A stretch of DNA of 64,000 nucleotides from a bacterium (GTDB lineage: Bacteria; UBA8248; JACPRG01; G963555815). The position numbers and the translations under genes were made by a program. The notes under the pieces were generated by a model. That model saw only the letters and a list, made by a program, of their open reading frames with translations, had not been told where the DNA came from and did no database searches. Positions 28,014 through 38,844 of this stretch are shown here, piece after piece; position 1 is the stretch's first letter, and every line of letters starts with the position of its first letter. The stretch covers positions 1,664,001-1,728,000 of the forward strand of contig OZ244653.1 in the NCBI GenBank assembly GCA_965218795.1. Reading direction: 5' to 3'.

Positions 28014-28042
28014 AACTTATGCCCGGATATTGAATCCGTCAA
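28014..28042 (-). promoter_or_regulatory. Candidate sigma70 promoter of the virion operon
   Basis: TTGACG-N17-TAAGTT. Confidence 0.45.
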
Positions 28043-28249
28043 GGGCTTTTTTCGGAAATCCTTGTTTCACCTGCTTTCAGAGGATTTCAGGTTTCTTCTC
28101 AGGCTGTACCAATCCGCCTCCTGTGCCTTCATCCCCAGTGCAGGATGTCATGATTCGCCTGCAAATGCAGCCGCCACGGGAACCGTCATTTCTCTTGGCA
28201 TGTCATTCATGTTGAAGGCGCTTGCAGGTTTGAAGGGGTGAAGCAGGGT

Positions 28250-28592
28250 AGGGAATGATATACCTTTTACCTGAAACGGTTGGCAAGTCTGCCCATATTG
28301 GGTAAAATTTTCTATTTGCGAGAGCTTGCTGAACCATGAGGCGGTCAAGCATGGGGCAGACGAGCATGTCCGCGAGCAAGCCCATATCAACGGCACGGAG
28401 TCGTTCTGGACATCCATGAAGAGGGGATATCACGGCGTGTATCACCGCATGAGTCCGAAGCGCCTTGACCGCTACGTGACCGAGTTTGCCGGTCGCCACA
28501 ATGCCCGCAATTCCGATACCCACGCTCAAATGAGCCGCGTTGCCAAAGGGCTGGTTGGTAAGCGCCTCAAGTACAAGGAACTGATCGCATGA
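28250..28592 (+). mobile_element. IS1595-family transposase remnant
   Basis: HINGTESFWTSMKRGYHGVYHRMSPKRLDRYVTEFAGRHN; possible IR GGGAATGATATACC at 28250. Confidence 0.8.
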
Positions 28593-28870
28593 GCGAAGGG
28601 GCTCTCGTCTCAGAACATGACAGTGACACCTTTCAACGCGGCAACACGACGATCTACTTTCAGCACGCCGAACGGCTATACGATGAGTGGCCGTCACCGA
28701 CCTGCATTATTGCTGATGGCCCTTATGGCCTAAGTGGCTTCCCCGGCGATCTGCCGACAGTTGAGCGTCTAGCGGAATGGTACCGCCCCCATGTTCATGC
28801 ATGGGCGGAACGATCAACGCCTCAAACGACGCTGTGGTTTTGGAACTCCGAACTGGGATGGGCGACGTGG
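28589..28870 (+). pseudogene. Truncated amino-DNA methyltransferase N-terminus
   Basis: IIADGPYG, TLWFWNSELGWA; reading frame degenerates into CGTC repeats. Confidence 0.6.
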
Positions 28871-29039
28871 CGTTCGAGGGCAGGCCCTCAGATCATCATT
28901 CCCGCGGAAGCGGGAATGGCGATCAAAAGGGTTGGGCAGAGGGAGTTCGACGGTGGTGTGGGAATTCCGCGCTGTCTGAGTCGTTCGTCATTCCTGCGCA
29001 TGCAGGAATCCAGGCGGCATAGAGCGGGTTGCGAGGGAA

Positions 29040-29180
29040 GGACCTGAACGCGTACCTGAAGACGCCTCGTCAAGTTCTACAACACCGAGCGTCCTCATCA
29101 GGGCTGTCGCAACATGGGCAGCCGGCCCATCGGCACGGTCAGGAAGCTTATCCAACCAGTGAGGAATGAAGCCTGGTCAT
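29040..29180 (+). mobile_element. IS481-like transposase C-terminal remnant
   Basis: FYNTERPHQGCRNMGSRP. Confidence 0.55.
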
Positions 29181-29210
29181 GCACATGAATAAAATCAGCC
29201 TTCCCCCTGT

Positions 29211-29291
29211 CGTCACCCCCGCGAAAGCGGGGGTCCAGGGCCGCAAAACGAGTGTCAGACTGCCCTGGATTCCCGCTTTCGCGGGAATGAC
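29211..29291. repeat. Inverted pair of CGTC-type repeats
   Basis: CGTCACCCCCGCGAAAGCGGGGGTCCAG ... CTGGATTCCCGCTTTCGCGGGAATGAC. Confidence 0.75.
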
Positions 29292-29492
29292 AAGGAGGGT
29301 GGCGGGACGCTCCGGCCCTCGTGAAGGCGCCGATATATTTTGGTACTTATCTCTGAGACGGCATACCAGGGCTTGCTCTTCGAATTTGGATTGTCAAGCA
29401 GAAAATTGCAGGATGGTTTTCCGTTGATGCTTTTTTCGTCTATTTTGTGGCATAGTGTTATGAGGACCGCTAAATGTGGGAGCGAAAATAAA

Positions 29493-30206
29493 ATGAAGTC
29501 GAAGCCTGCGAGCAGCCGATCGGGCAAGAGAAAGTCCCCGGCCGGGATTGCCACAAATGACCTTGTATTTTCGGCATACCAAGGAGTCAATAGCGATATC
29601 TTCCCATTGGTTCTGGACCTCTACGTTCCGACCGGGAGCGTCGTTGCTGATGTGACCTACGGCAAGGGGGCATTTTGGAAGAATGTGCCGAAAGGAGATT
29701 ACAAACTCCTGAAGTCGGACTTGGCTCAAGGTGTAGACTGCCGTGATCTTCCCTATCAGCGAAACTCGATAGACTGCGTCGTCCTGGACCCACCGTACAT
29801 GCACACGCCCGGAGGCACAGCGCATGACGGACACCAGAATTTTGAGCACTACTATCGGAACAACGGAACGGGCAACAACGGGAATAAGAAATACCATGAA
29901 GCGGTCTTGGATCTCTATTTTCAAGCGGCGCAAGAGGCAAGTCGAGTCCTCCGGGACGGGGGCATTCTGATTGTGAAGTGTCAGGATGAGGTCTGCGCCG
30001 GGAAGCAGCGGCTGACCCACGTCGAGATTATCAACGAATTTGCGCGGTACGGTTATATGGCGGAGGATTGCTTCGTCCTGATGCGGAAAAACCGTCCAGG
30101 GGTCAGCCGGATTCTAAAGCAACTTCATGCCCGGAAGAACCACTCTTTCTTTCTCGTGTTCTGCTTGAAAAAGTCTCATAGAGCATCCGCCTCGAAAAAG
30201 AAATGA
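29493..30206 (+). CDS. Amino-DNA methyltransferase
   Basis: VADVTYGKG (SAM), [22 protein letters not shown]. Confidence 0.8.
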   Translation: MKSKPASSRSGKRKSPAGIATNDLVFSAYQGVNSDIFPLVLDLYVPTGSVVADVTYGKGAFWKNVPKGDYKLLKSDLAQGVDCRDLPYQRNSIDCVVLDPPYMHTPGGTAHDGHQNFEHYYRNNGTGNNGNKKYHEAVLDLYFQAAQEASRVLRDGGILIVKCQDEVCAGKQRLTHVEIINEFARYGYMAEDCFVLMRKNRPGVSRILKQLHARKNHSFFLVFCLKKSHRASASKKK

Positions 30207-31039
30207 CCGAGTGACTTCACTTCAATCTTTGGGTATTCGGTAGTGAGAGCGGCGTACTTCTCCGGGATGTCGAGGTAGTAAATTCGGGTCAATTGCGCGA
30301 TGAACCTTTGGTACACGCGCCATTGGTCGGGCAGGCATATTTCAACGACCTCATGGGTTCTCGTATCCAACTTGGTCTCGGCCATCACGACAGGGATGCC
30401 CTTGAATTGCCCTTGCCCGTAGATCCCGTTCACGATGCGTTGATGCGCCCATACCTGGATCACGCGCTCCCGAGTAGACAACTTGATCGGGACGTGGAAT
30501 TTGTCTTTATCGGGTCCAAGGTCGAAAATGTAGTCCGTTGGAAGGCTTCCTCCCTTCAAACCTTTCGCGAGAACCTTGATGGCCTTTGTCGGGAGCACTC
30601 CGAGATAAACAGCGAGTACGTGGCCGATGAGGAACTCAAAGTACGTGGCAGGGGTTTTCTTGTCTCCGGTCTTTGTCGTGTCGTTGGCAGCACAGAAGAT
30701 CATTGCCAGGGTGTAGAGGGTTCTTGTAGCTTCGTGGCTCCCAAGATGCGCCCACTCAGCCTTGGCGAAGACGGCGAGGTGGTCCTCAAGTTCTTTCGGG
30801 TCGAATAGGAATAAGTCCTGGTTGATTGGCCGGGAGAGCCGGCCACCATATCGATAGGAGATATACCGCTTCTCTGGAACTCGTGATTCGAGTGCAACGG
30901 TTTCACCTTCTGACAGAAGGAAATCATGGCCTTTCTTGGAGATAAGGACCAGAAGATCGGTCACGGCCTCGCTGGCAAGGTCCTCCTTCGCCAGTGCCTT
31001 CAATCGACCATACAATTCAGGAAGTCCCGACTCAGCCAT
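30176..31039 (-). CDS. Putative type II restriction endonuclease
   Basis: [14 protein letters not shown], a PD..K-x-S/T-RER-type active site; convergent with the MTase. Confidence 0.6.
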   Translation of the reverse strand: MAESGLPELYGRLKALAKEDLASEAVTDLLVLISKKGHDFLLSEGETVALESRVPEKRYISYRYGGRLSRPINQDLFLFDPKELEDHLAVFAKAEWAHLGSHEATRTLYTLAMIFCAANDTTKTGDKKTPATYFEFLIGHVLAVYLGVLPTKAIKVLAKGLKGGSLPTDYIFDLGPDKDKFHVPIKLSTRERVIQVWAHQRIVNGIYGQGQFKGIPVVMAETKLDTRTHEVVEICLPDQWRVYQRFIAQLTRIYYLDIPEKYAALTTEYPKIEVKSLGHFFFEADAL

Positions 31040-31342
31040 ATTAGGGCGGGATGGTAGCAGAGATCGGGGACAAGCGCAAAAGAAATCGGAAAGTTCAAAC
31101 GAGACCACTACTTTTTTGATTTTGCTTGACAGGGATTTCTTTCTTAAGAAAAATTGATTGGGTCAAATCCTTTTTTGAGACGGTCTTTTTCATATGAGCA
31201 AGACGGCACCGGGGGGAGTGGCGGTCTCCCGTTCCATCAGGGGCGTGCGGGGAGCGCCCTTGGGTTTCCGATGCAGCGCTGAGTTTCTCCGACGCGCATT
31301 GGAGGTCACAAAGGCCCAGCCGAAGCCGCCAGGCATCAGTCC

Positions 31343-31664
31343 GTGATTCTCTTTCCCCCTCCTGACTTCAACGCGCATCCGGAACAAATGGACGCTCTGG
31401 AAAAAGCGCTGGCAAACCCAGGCCGACCCCTGCACGGGTACGTTAATTCCACCTGCGCCTGCACCGAGCATGACGCCCTCGACAGGCTTGAGCGGATCCA
31501 ATGTCCGACCGCTCGATTGCGCCAGGGACATCGCCGAGCGCGTACCCGGCGCAGAACTGAAAATCCATACCGGAGCCAGCCACTTCCTCCTGGTCCAGCG
31601 CTATGAGGAAGTCATGGCGGATATTCAGCGGTTTCTGGCCGACAACTCACCGGATACGAAATAA
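31343..31664 (+). pseudogene. Frameshifted alpha/beta hydrolase C-terminal fragment
   Basis: HDALDRLERIQCPT and IAERVPGAELKIHTGASH lie in different frames. Confidence 0.55.
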
Positions 31665-31801
31665 ATACGAAATACAACAAATAATTTTCACTTTCAGTGG
31701 CGGCGGCTGAATTTTTGGGATATATTTGTTGACAATATCGATGTTCCCCACGACAGGCGTGTGTGACCGATATTGGAACAAATTTCAGTGGAGAAGTGCA
31801 A

Positions 31802-32008
31802 GTGGCGCAAGGAACAGTCAAGTGGTTTAACGACTCAAAGGGTTATGGTTTCATCTCACGCGAGGAGGGCGAAGACGTTTTCGTTCACCACACAGCCATT
31901 CAGGGGGAAGGCTTCAAGTCTCTTTCCGAGGACGATACCGTGTCCTTCGATGTTGCCGAAGGCCCAAAGGGTCTGCAGGCGGTGAATGTCCAGAAGGTCG
32001 CGGGTTAA
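31802..32008 (+). CDS. cspA: Cold-shock protein
   Basis: [31 protein letters not shown]. Confidence 0.95.
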   Translation: MAQGTVKWFNDSKGYGFISREEGEDVFVHHTAIQGEGFKSLSEDDTVSFDVAEGPKGLQAVNVQKVAG

Positions 32009-32031
32009 GCAAACACCCAATCAATGAGTCG

Positions 32032-32064
32032 AAACGGCGGCCGTTTCCGGCCGCCGTTTTTTTT
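32032..32064 (+). terminator. Intrinsic terminator
   Basis: AAACGGCGGCCG-TTTC-CGGCCGCCGTTTTTTTT. Confidence 0.85.
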
Positions 32065-32235
32065 GTGTCATCCCGAGGCGGCAACCCCCGCCTGTGCTGC
32101 GCCAACCTGGACCCGAGGACGAGGGAATGAAGGAAAACACGCCACCTTCGAATATTCGATAGAGCACTCAGGCCGCGCATCGATCACGCCACCCTCCAGG
32201 TTTGTCAAGAACACGCACCGTTGACGTTTCTACGC

Positions 32236-32799
32236 TCAAAGGTTCTTCATATGCTCCCAAAATTGAACCTTGATTTCAAACGGGAAATAGGGGAAAGGCG
32301 GCGCCTTCTCTGGCATCAGTTCCAACTGGGCCCAAAGGAAAGAAAATTGCCCCGCGTCCAACGCGTTCCGGAATGCTTCCGATAATTCCGCCGGGGTAGA
32401 GGTTTCATCGGTTTCTGCAATCCCGAAGCCCTCCGCGATCTTCACAAAATTCGACTTGCCCTGATTCACCATGGGCTGCTGGCCCGTGAGCTCGTAGCTC
32501 TGGTTGTCCATAATGACCACCGTCAAGTTGGATGGCTGGTGCTGGGCCAATGCGGCCAGGACGCTTAGGTTCATCAGGAGGCCGCCGTCCCCTTCAATGG
32601 CGATTACCTTCTCCTTGGGCCTGGCCAAAGCCAGGCCCAGTCCGAAAGTCAAAGCGTGCCCCATCGGGCCACCCAAGTAAAAGTTTCCGGGCCGGTGGAG
32701 GACCGAGTGCCAGAGCTGAGTCTGGGTCCCGATCGCTGTCACCACCAACTCATCCCCGACATGCTCGGCCAAGGTCTCAAAGGCCTCCCGTTGATTCAT
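32236..32799 (-). CDS. comE: Sulfopyruvate/phosphonopyruvate decarboxylase beta-like subunit
   Basis: TPP motif EGDGGLLMNL..MDNQSY. Confidence 0.75.
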   Translation of the reverse strand: MNQREAFETLAEHVGDELVVTAIGTQTQLWHSVLHRPGNFYLGGPMGHALTFGLGLALARPKEKVIAIEGDGGLLMNLSVLAALAQHQPSNLTVVIMDNQSYELTGQQPMVNQGKSNFVKIAEGFGIAETDETSTPAELSEAFRNALDAGQFSFLWAQLELMPEKAPPFPYFPFEIKVQFWEHMKNL

Positions 32800-33299
32800 C
32801 GCGCCTCTCCGAAGGTGCCCTTGGTGATGAGAAGCGCGACGGGCGCCTGGCCGGCCTCAGCGAGGGTGTAGGCGTCGGCCACACAGCCTCTTGCGACAAA
32901 ATCGGGCGGAAGCGGAAAGCACTGAACCCCGATCTGATCGAGGATCTTCTCGGCGCTCCTCCCCTTTTCGACATCATAGAAGGCCCAATCCCCGAGACGG
33001 CCTCGATGCGAGATAACCATCAGGAAGGGGATGCCATAGGTAATGGGCAGCGTGGCGAGTGCGCCCGTACAGTTCATGGCGCCCACATTCTGAATGATCA
33101 TCGCCGAGCGCAGGCCGCCGGCAACCGCACCACAGCAGATCCCGACGGCGTCCTCCTCCCGGGCGACGGGGACATGAATCATCTCCGGGTCCTCTTGCGC
33201 CCGTATGATGAGATTGTGGATCCAGGAGTCAGGCAGCGTCGTGCAGAGTCGGACGCCGCACGCCTTGATTTCCTCATATAGCCGGTCCGACCAGTTCAT
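32796..33299 (-). CDS. comD: Sulfopyruvate/phosphonopyruvate decarboxylase alpha-like subunit
   Basis: TLPDSW, VAREEDAVGICCG, IQNVG, ISHRG. Confidence 0.75.
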   Translation of the reverse strand: MNWSDRLYEEIKACGVRLCTTLPDSWIHNLIIRAQEDPEMIHVPVAREEDAVGICCGAVAGGLRSAMIIQNVGAMNCTGALATLPITYGIPFLMVISHRGRLGDWAFYDVEKGRSAEKILDQIGVQCFPLPPDFVARGCVADAYTLAEAGQAPVALLITKGTFGEAR

Positions 33300-33373
33300 G
33301 ACTTCCTCCGCGTACGAGTCCTAAGCCCCCTTTATCCACCGAGATAATTTCCCATGATGTTCCAAACTTAATC

Positions 33374-33760
33374 TTAATCGTCCAGCACGGCAATCGCCTC
33401 GATTTCCACCAGCATCTGCGGGCGGGCCAGGGCCGCCTGGACCGTTGTGCGGCCGGGCTTGTCGTGGGGAAAGAATTTCTTGTACACCTCGTTCATGGCC
33501 TTGCCATTGCTGATGTCCGAGAGAAAAATCGTGCATTTGACCACATCGACCAGGGTGGCGCCGGCTTCGGCCAGCACGGCCTGCATGTTCATCAGACACT
33601 GCTCGGTTTGGGCGGCGATGTCGTCCTCTCCCACCAAGTTTCCCTGTTCGTCCTGAGGAATCATGCCGGCCGTGAACACGAGGTTCCCTTTTCGGATGCC
33701 GGGCGAGTAGGCGGGCTTGGGGACGGGGAGCGACTTAGGCTGAAGAACCTGCTTCGGCAT
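33374..33760 (-). CDS. RidA/YjgF family protein
   Basis: PAYSPG, VFTAG, KPGRTTV, LVEIEAIA. Confidence 0.9.
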   Translation of the reverse strand: MPKQVLQPKSLPVPKPAYSPGIRKGNLVFTAGMIPQDEQGNLVGEDDIAAQTEQCLMNMQAVLAEAGATLVDVVKCTIFLSDISNGKAMNEVYKKFFPHDKPGRTTVQAALARPQMLVEIEAIAVLDD

Positions 33761-34031
33761 GGACATTCCTCCTTCGGGTTCGGGGGTACTGGAAATCCGC
33801 ACTCCTTTTCGGTTGATCCGTATCGGCTCTTGTCGCGAAAAAAGCCCTTGAGGACAGGGGCCAAGTCGAGCGGAGAGTATCCGGCATGGCCAGACTGTGC
33901 CAAGCGTACAGAAACGGACGGGAAGAGAATAGGACCGACTTTACCTTTTTACAGAGCGGTCTGGACGGGGGGTGTCCGGACTTCGCACCTTGCTCGTACG
34001 AATCCGATAAAACCCATAGGCCGCAAGGGGT

Positions 34032-34997
34032 TCAGGCTTCGATACCGATTTCTCTCATCATTCTCCGGTAGGCCAGGGCAGGCGCGTCCGGTCCCTTCAT
34101 ATGAAGTTCTTCGGTCAAGTCCAGAGGGAGTTCCTCCGGGCGTTGGTTCTCGACGATCTTCTGATCCTGTTCGATAATGAGTTCCCCCATGTCTTCGACC
34201 TTTGTCTCATCTGAGAAAACCTCGTAGTTCCGGGCGAGCATGAAGATTCGGGTGCACTCGGTCGCCGTATGAGGCGTACACGCGAAAAACATCACTTCGG
34301 TCTTTCCGTCGGATTCCACTTTGGACAGATTGATCGTAAAGGGCCTGTAAATCCGGAAGACGCGCTCATAGGAACCTGCCTCGCGGGTCCGGTCTTTGAT
34401 GCCTTCGACGCCGAACCGGATTTCCTCGCCGACCCTCTCCACGTTGACTGTCGGAGTCAGCGGCTGGTCCCGCGCACCCAGGATCCCATCGTGAATCCAA
34501 GGAAGATGGCCGAGATCGATGAAGTTTTCGATGGCCCGGGCAGCGCTGCATTTCCAGGGCCTGCCGTCGCGGTGATCGAAGTGGAAACTCGGATCTTCCA
34601 GCGTTGGAATCTCCGGGATGGGCGCCCGCGGCTCGTCCGCCAGGCAAACCCAAATGAGTCCGTATTGCTCCTTGGCGTGGTAGGCCGTTAGACAGGCCTT
34701 TTTCGGAATGGGGTGCTCCGGGGGAATGGAAGGAATCCGAACGCATTTGCCGTCGGCGTTGTAGCTCCAGCCGTGATAGGCACACACGAGATTCTCCCCC
34801 TCCACCCATCCAAGAGAAAGCGGTGTTCCCCGGTGGACGCAGAGATCGTAATAGGCGACCACACGTCCTGCCAATCGGCAAAGGACAATCTGTTCATCCA
34901 GGAGTTTGACGGCGTGCGGCTTGTCGCCTACGTCTTCTGCAATGGCGACCGGGTGCCAGTATTCTCTTAGCGGAGGCCAGAGATCGCTTTCGCGCAT
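34032..34997 (-). CDS. Rieske non-heme iron oxygenase alpha subunit (VanA/demethylase-like)
   Basis: CVHRG..CAYHGW Rieske motif; ENFIDLGHLPWIH. Confidence 0.9.
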   Translation of the reverse strand: MRESDLWPPLREYWHPVAIAEDVGDKPHAVKLLDEQIVLCRLAGRVVAYYDLCVHRGTPLSLGWVEGENLVCAYHGWSYNADGKCVRIPSIPPEHPIPKKACLTAYHAKEQYGLIWVCLADEPRAPIPEIPTLEDPSFHFDHRDGRPWKCSAARAIENFIDLGHLPWIHDGILGARDQPLTPTVNVERVGEEIRFGVEGIKDRTREAGSYERVFRIYRPFTINLSKVESDGKTEVMFFACTPHTATECTRIFMLARNYEVFSDETKVEDMGELIIEQDQKIVENQRPEELPLDLTEELHMKGPDAPALAYRRMMREIGIEA

Positions 34998-35073
34998 TTC
35001 TCATCTCCTGACGGCAGTCTTGCGAGAGAAGCCAGCAACGTCGATTCGGAATCCCCGCCCCCAGGGGATAGCC

Positions 35074-36075
35074 CTAGTTCTTCTCGGGCGGCATGATCCC
35101 GGGAAGGAACTCATTGGTGTAAATTTCGTCCAGCGATGGAGTCTGTTTCAGTTTACGGTACTGAACCGCCAAGTCACGGGTGGAGCGGACCTTGTCGGCC
35201 ATCATGTAACCCAGGCCATGCTTCCTGGATTCCTCGGTCAAAATCTCCTTGAGCGTAACCTGCCAGCTTTTTTTCGCCGATACGGGGTTTAACGCCTGAT
35301 TATGCTTCGACAGGATAGTGATCGCCTCATCCTGGTTTTGCATGGCCCATCGAATTCCCTTGTAGGCGGCGGCCAGGAACCGCCGAACCTGTTGAGGATT
35401 CTTGGCCACGGTGTCGTCTCTTGTCAGCAAACCGTTCGAATAGATCTTGAAGCCCCAGTCCCTGTGATAAAGCGGAACGGCCTTCTTTCCCTGTTTAGCC
35501 GCCGCGGCCTCGATGATGGGGCCGCTTCCCGTATAATGCGCGGTCACATCGACTGCTCCCGACAAGAGACTCGGAATCAGCGATCCCGTGTTCATGTTGA
35601 CCCATTTTACCTTACTTGCATCAATGTTATTGATCTTGGCATAGGCGGGAAACAGTACATTGACAGCGCTCCAGCTTGTGGATCCGATACTTTTTCCTTC
35701 CAGATCCTTCGGCTTTCGGATACCAGTCTGATCGAGGGAATACAGGACATACGGGGCTTTTCCGATGATCATCCCGACCATTCGATTCCTGCTCCCCTTC
35801 GTACGTCCGACAATCATTGCCCCCAAATCGGCATAGCCGAAATCGCTTTTCCCAAGGCCCACGACCTTGACGGCTTTTCCTGAGCCCCGGCCCGGGATGA
35901 TGGTCATATCAAATCCCTGATCCTTAAAGAACCCCTTGTCAAGCGCGGCGAAGTATCCCGCGTGGCTTCCAATGATTATCCAGTCAAGAATCAAGGTGGC
36001 CTTCTCCTGCGCCACCGCGCCGGTTGCAAGGCTCAGTGCCATGAGAACGCCCATCAGGTTGCCTAACATCTTCAT
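35074..36075 (-). CDS. ABC transporter substrate-binding protein, NMT1/THI5 family
   Basis: Signal peptide; LILDW..HAGYFAALDKGFF, PKDLEGKSIG. Confidence 0.85.
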   Translation of the reverse strand: MKMLGNLMGVLMALSLATGAVAQEKATLILDWIIIGSHAGYFAALDKGFFKDQGFDMTIIPGRGSGKAVKVVGLGKSDFGYADLGAMIVGRTKGSRNRMVGMIIGKAPYVLYSLDQTGIRKPKDLEGKSIGSTSWSAVNVLFPAYAKINNIDASKVKWVNMNTGSLIPSLLSGAVDVTAHYTGSGPIIEAAAAKQGKKAVPLYHRDWGFKIYSNGLLTRDDTVAKNPQQVRRFLAAAYKGIRWAMQNQDEAITILSKHNQALNPVSAKKSWQVTLKEILTEESRKHGLGYMMADKVRSTRDLAVQYRKLKQTPSLDEIYTNEFLPGIMPPEKN

Positions 36076-36267
36076 TGATTTGCCCCCCCCTTTTACTGAG
36101 AATGGACTTGGTTGGGCCTGGGGATGACCGGACACACGTGTCAGCCTGGGGAACCCCGGATGCCCTTCCGCCCCTCACTAAGATTCGGACGCGAATCGCC
36201 GATTATACCTGACTAGAACAAGTTGTGGAAGAGATTAGAAGAGGACCCTGATTTTTGGACAGTCCTA

Positions 36268-36635
36268 TCAGTGTACTCTGCCCCCTGTGGAACACGTGTT
36301 TCGTGCCGCGTCGGGCCCACGATCGCTCGCCGGCATACACCGCGTTGGGCGTGCGGCGGTTGAGGCGTTGATGGCGCCTCTGGGCATTGTAGAACCGGAA
36401 GTAGCGAGCCAGAGCGGCGCGCGCGGGGCGGCGGGTATCGTCTCGTAGTAGGCGTGCAGATACACCTCCTCGTATTTCACGCTGCGCCACAGCCGCTCGA
36501 TGAACACATTATCGACCCAGCGCCTTTGCCGTCCATGCTGATGGCCACCTCATGGGCCTTGAGCACCTCGGTAAACGCCGAAGGGGTGAACTGGGCGCCC
36601 TGATCGGTGTTGAAGAACTCCGGGCGCCCGTGACC
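36268..36635 (-). mobile_element. IS3-family transposase remnant (frameshifted)
   Basis: PEFFNTDQGAQFT, ISMDGKG, FIERLWRSVKYEEVYL, YFRFYN..RHQ. Confidence 0.85.
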
Positions 36636-36720
36636 TGCCCCCCCAACGAGCCCATCCCCCAAGTTAGACTCGGGACCATCTGAAGTCCACTCCAGGGGAG
36701 CAGACTCAAGGAATACCGCA

Positions 36721-36830
36721 ATGGACGGAAAACTGATAGTGGCTGGGATCGACATCGGAAAGAGTGAACTGCATACGCATGTTCTGCCGGCCGACAAGGC
36801 GAAGACCGTCGCGCTTCCGCCGGGGCCCTG
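36721..36830 (+). mobile_element. IS110-family transposase N-terminal remnant
   Basis: IVAGIDIGKSELH. Confidence 0.45.
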
Positions 36831-36853
36831 CGCGGCCTGCTCGTCCTCGGCGG

Positions 36854-37141
36854 TCAGGCGGTCACGAACCTGCGAACCGCGATCTTGTCCCGGTTCGTCT
36901 GCGTCTGCCATAGATCGTACTGCATCTGCTGCTGCAACCAGCTTTCAGGACTCCCGCCGAAAGCCTGAGAGAGCCGGATGGCCATCTCAGGGGAAATGCC
37001 GAGGCGGCCGTTGAGCAGCATGGAAAGCGTGTTGCGCGACACGGCGAGACCCTTCGCAGCCTCGGTCACCGTCAATCCGAGGGGCTCCAGGCATTGCCGC
37101 CTGATGAACGCGCCGGGATGGGGCGGATCGTGCATGAGCAT
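36854..37141 (-). CDS. higA: HigA antitoxin
   Basis: [36 protein letters not shown]. Confidence 0.9.
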   Translation of the reverse strand: MLMHDPPHPGAFIRRQCLEPLGLTVTEAAKGLAVSRNTLSMLLNGRLGISPEMAIRLSQAFGGSPESWLQQQMQYDLWQTQTNRDKIAVRRFVTA

Positions 37142-37153
37142 GGTCCGGCCTTT

Positions 37154-37250
37154 CTAGTGGTAGTCCAGATAGTCGACATCCACGGCATGGCTGTCCTCGA
37201 AACGGAAAATCACGCGCCAGTTGGCGCGCACCGTGACGGCCCAGAAGCGT
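37154..37250 (-). pseudogene. higB: HigB toxin C-terminal fragment
   Basis: FWAVTVRANWRVIFRFED..VDYLDYH; N-terminus missing. Confidence 0.7.
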
Positions 37251-37254
37251 CCTA

Positions 37255-38085
37255 TTCCGCCATTCACGCCGGGAAGTACGCTGCAGCGGAGGCCTCGGCC
37301 TTCATCACGGAGCGGGCCTTGAAGGTTGTGGGCGGACCGGGCCTCCTTCGCGAGCACCGCTGGAGCGATTCCACCGGGATGCGCGGGCCGGCCTCGTCAT
37401 GCCCCCCAACTCAGAGACCTGTCTGGAAAACATTGCTCGAAGCGTCCTCCCGGTTGAAGCCGGAGGCATGAAAACGGAATAACCCGGCCGATATAACGGG
37501 CATTTCGCTGAAACGGATGATCCGCTTGATGAGCCGACCTTCACCGGGTCTCGACCAGGACAACGAATGGCGAGTACCGGCGGAAGACGGGGGCGTCGAC
37601 GTCCTGGGCACGGCGGAAATTGAAAACTTCCTGGTTCGCCGGGCCTGCTGCATGAGGAGCATGGCGGCGGAAATCTTCGTTCCAAAACGTATGCCTTCCA
37701 CTCCCCGCCGGACCAGGCCCGCTGGGGCGACCCCCACAAGCTCTCCCCGAGCGTTGATCACGGGACCTCCGCTGCTTCCTTCGTTGATCGGCGCGGTCAT
37801 CCGGAACCGCGCAATGTGATCTTCCATCCCCGTCGCGGCGCTGACCTGGCCTGACACGATGCTCGGCTGACGGCTGAACCGGCCGCCCAGGGGATGGCCC
37901 AAGGCGTGAACCCGCTCCCCGGGCTCGACGATGGTGCCAAAGTCTGGAACAAAGCCACCCCGCTTCGGCGGGGTCTGGGATTCGGTCTTGCTCGCGAGCG
38001 ACGGGGATCCACTCACTGCGGACGAAGTTGCGGACCACCTGCCGGATGGCCTGGTGGCTCTCGGGGAGGTGAAACCCTATGATCG
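37255..38085. pseudogene. Mosaic debris: acyl-CoA dehydrogenase fragments and a trypsin-like peptidase fragment
   Basis: + strand AGKYAAAEASAFITERALKVVGG; - strand ALGHPLG..INEGSSGGPV and GFHLPESHQAIRQVVRNF. Confidence 0.55.
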
Positions 38086-38364
38086 TCCTCCTTGATCCCC
38101 CGACCGATGGAGTTAACGGCAAACAATAGATGGCATTGGTGAATTGGAACGACAGCCGGGAAAATAAAACTGGCATGTGGAGTCAATGTACGATTCGGGA
38201 TACCTTCAATGTCCACTTTCCTGCCCTTCCCCTCTCTTCAATGGTTTTACAAACTCTTGACAGCATTTTTCGTATTCCCGCAATGAAATTCTGCAAAAAT
38301 GGAATGTCTCGATGACATTGCGGCGAATTTGATCTTCCACCATTCGTAACGAGGAGCGAAGTCC

Positions 38365-38844
38365 ATGAAGCCAGAACTCCCCCACGTCGTTCTGCGACGA
38401 ACTTTGATGCCGATTCTCATGGCAGCCGTCTTGTTGATGACAACCGGCGCGGCCTTCGCCGCCAAGCCCGTTTTTTCGACCCTCTTCGGCGGGGCCATCC
38501 GGGGCTATGACCCGGTGGCCTATTTTACGGAGGCAAAACCCAGCAAGGGGAAAAGCGCTTACCAGTTCAAGTGGAAGGAAGCCACATGGTCATTCGCCAG
38601 TTCGGAAAACCGCGACCTCTTTGCCAAGAACCCCGAGAAGTACGCGCCCCGATACGGCGGGTATTGCGCATGGGCGGTCAGCGAAGGCTACACGGCCAGC
38701 ATAGACCCCAACGCCTGGCGGATCGTCAAAGGGAAGCTCTATCTCAACTACAGTGAAGGCGTCCAGCAACAGTGGGAGCAGGACATCCCGGGCAACATCG
38801 CCAAGGCCGACGTGAACTGGCCGAAGATCCTGAAGGGAAAGTAG
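38365..38844 (+). CDS. Secreted YHS-domain protein
   Basis: AIRGYDPVAYF, F.KNPEKYAPRYGGYCAWA, GKLYLNY. Confidence 0.9.
   Translation: MKPELPHVVLRRTLMPILMAAVLLMTTGAAFAAKPVFSTLFGGAIRGYDPVAYFTEAKPSKGKSAYQFKWKEATWSFASSENRDLFAKNPEKYAPRYGGYCAWAVSEGYTASIDPNAWRIVKGKLYLNYSEGVQQQWEQDIPGNIAKADVNWPKILKGK

Larger units (their letters stand above)
1903..28042 (-). mobile_element. Phage-derived virion assembly operon (cryptic prophage or GTA-like particle locus)
   Basis: Co-oriented terminase, portal, capsid, connector, tail tube, chaperone, tape measure and tail fibre genes; no integrase or replication genes seen. Confidence 0.85.
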
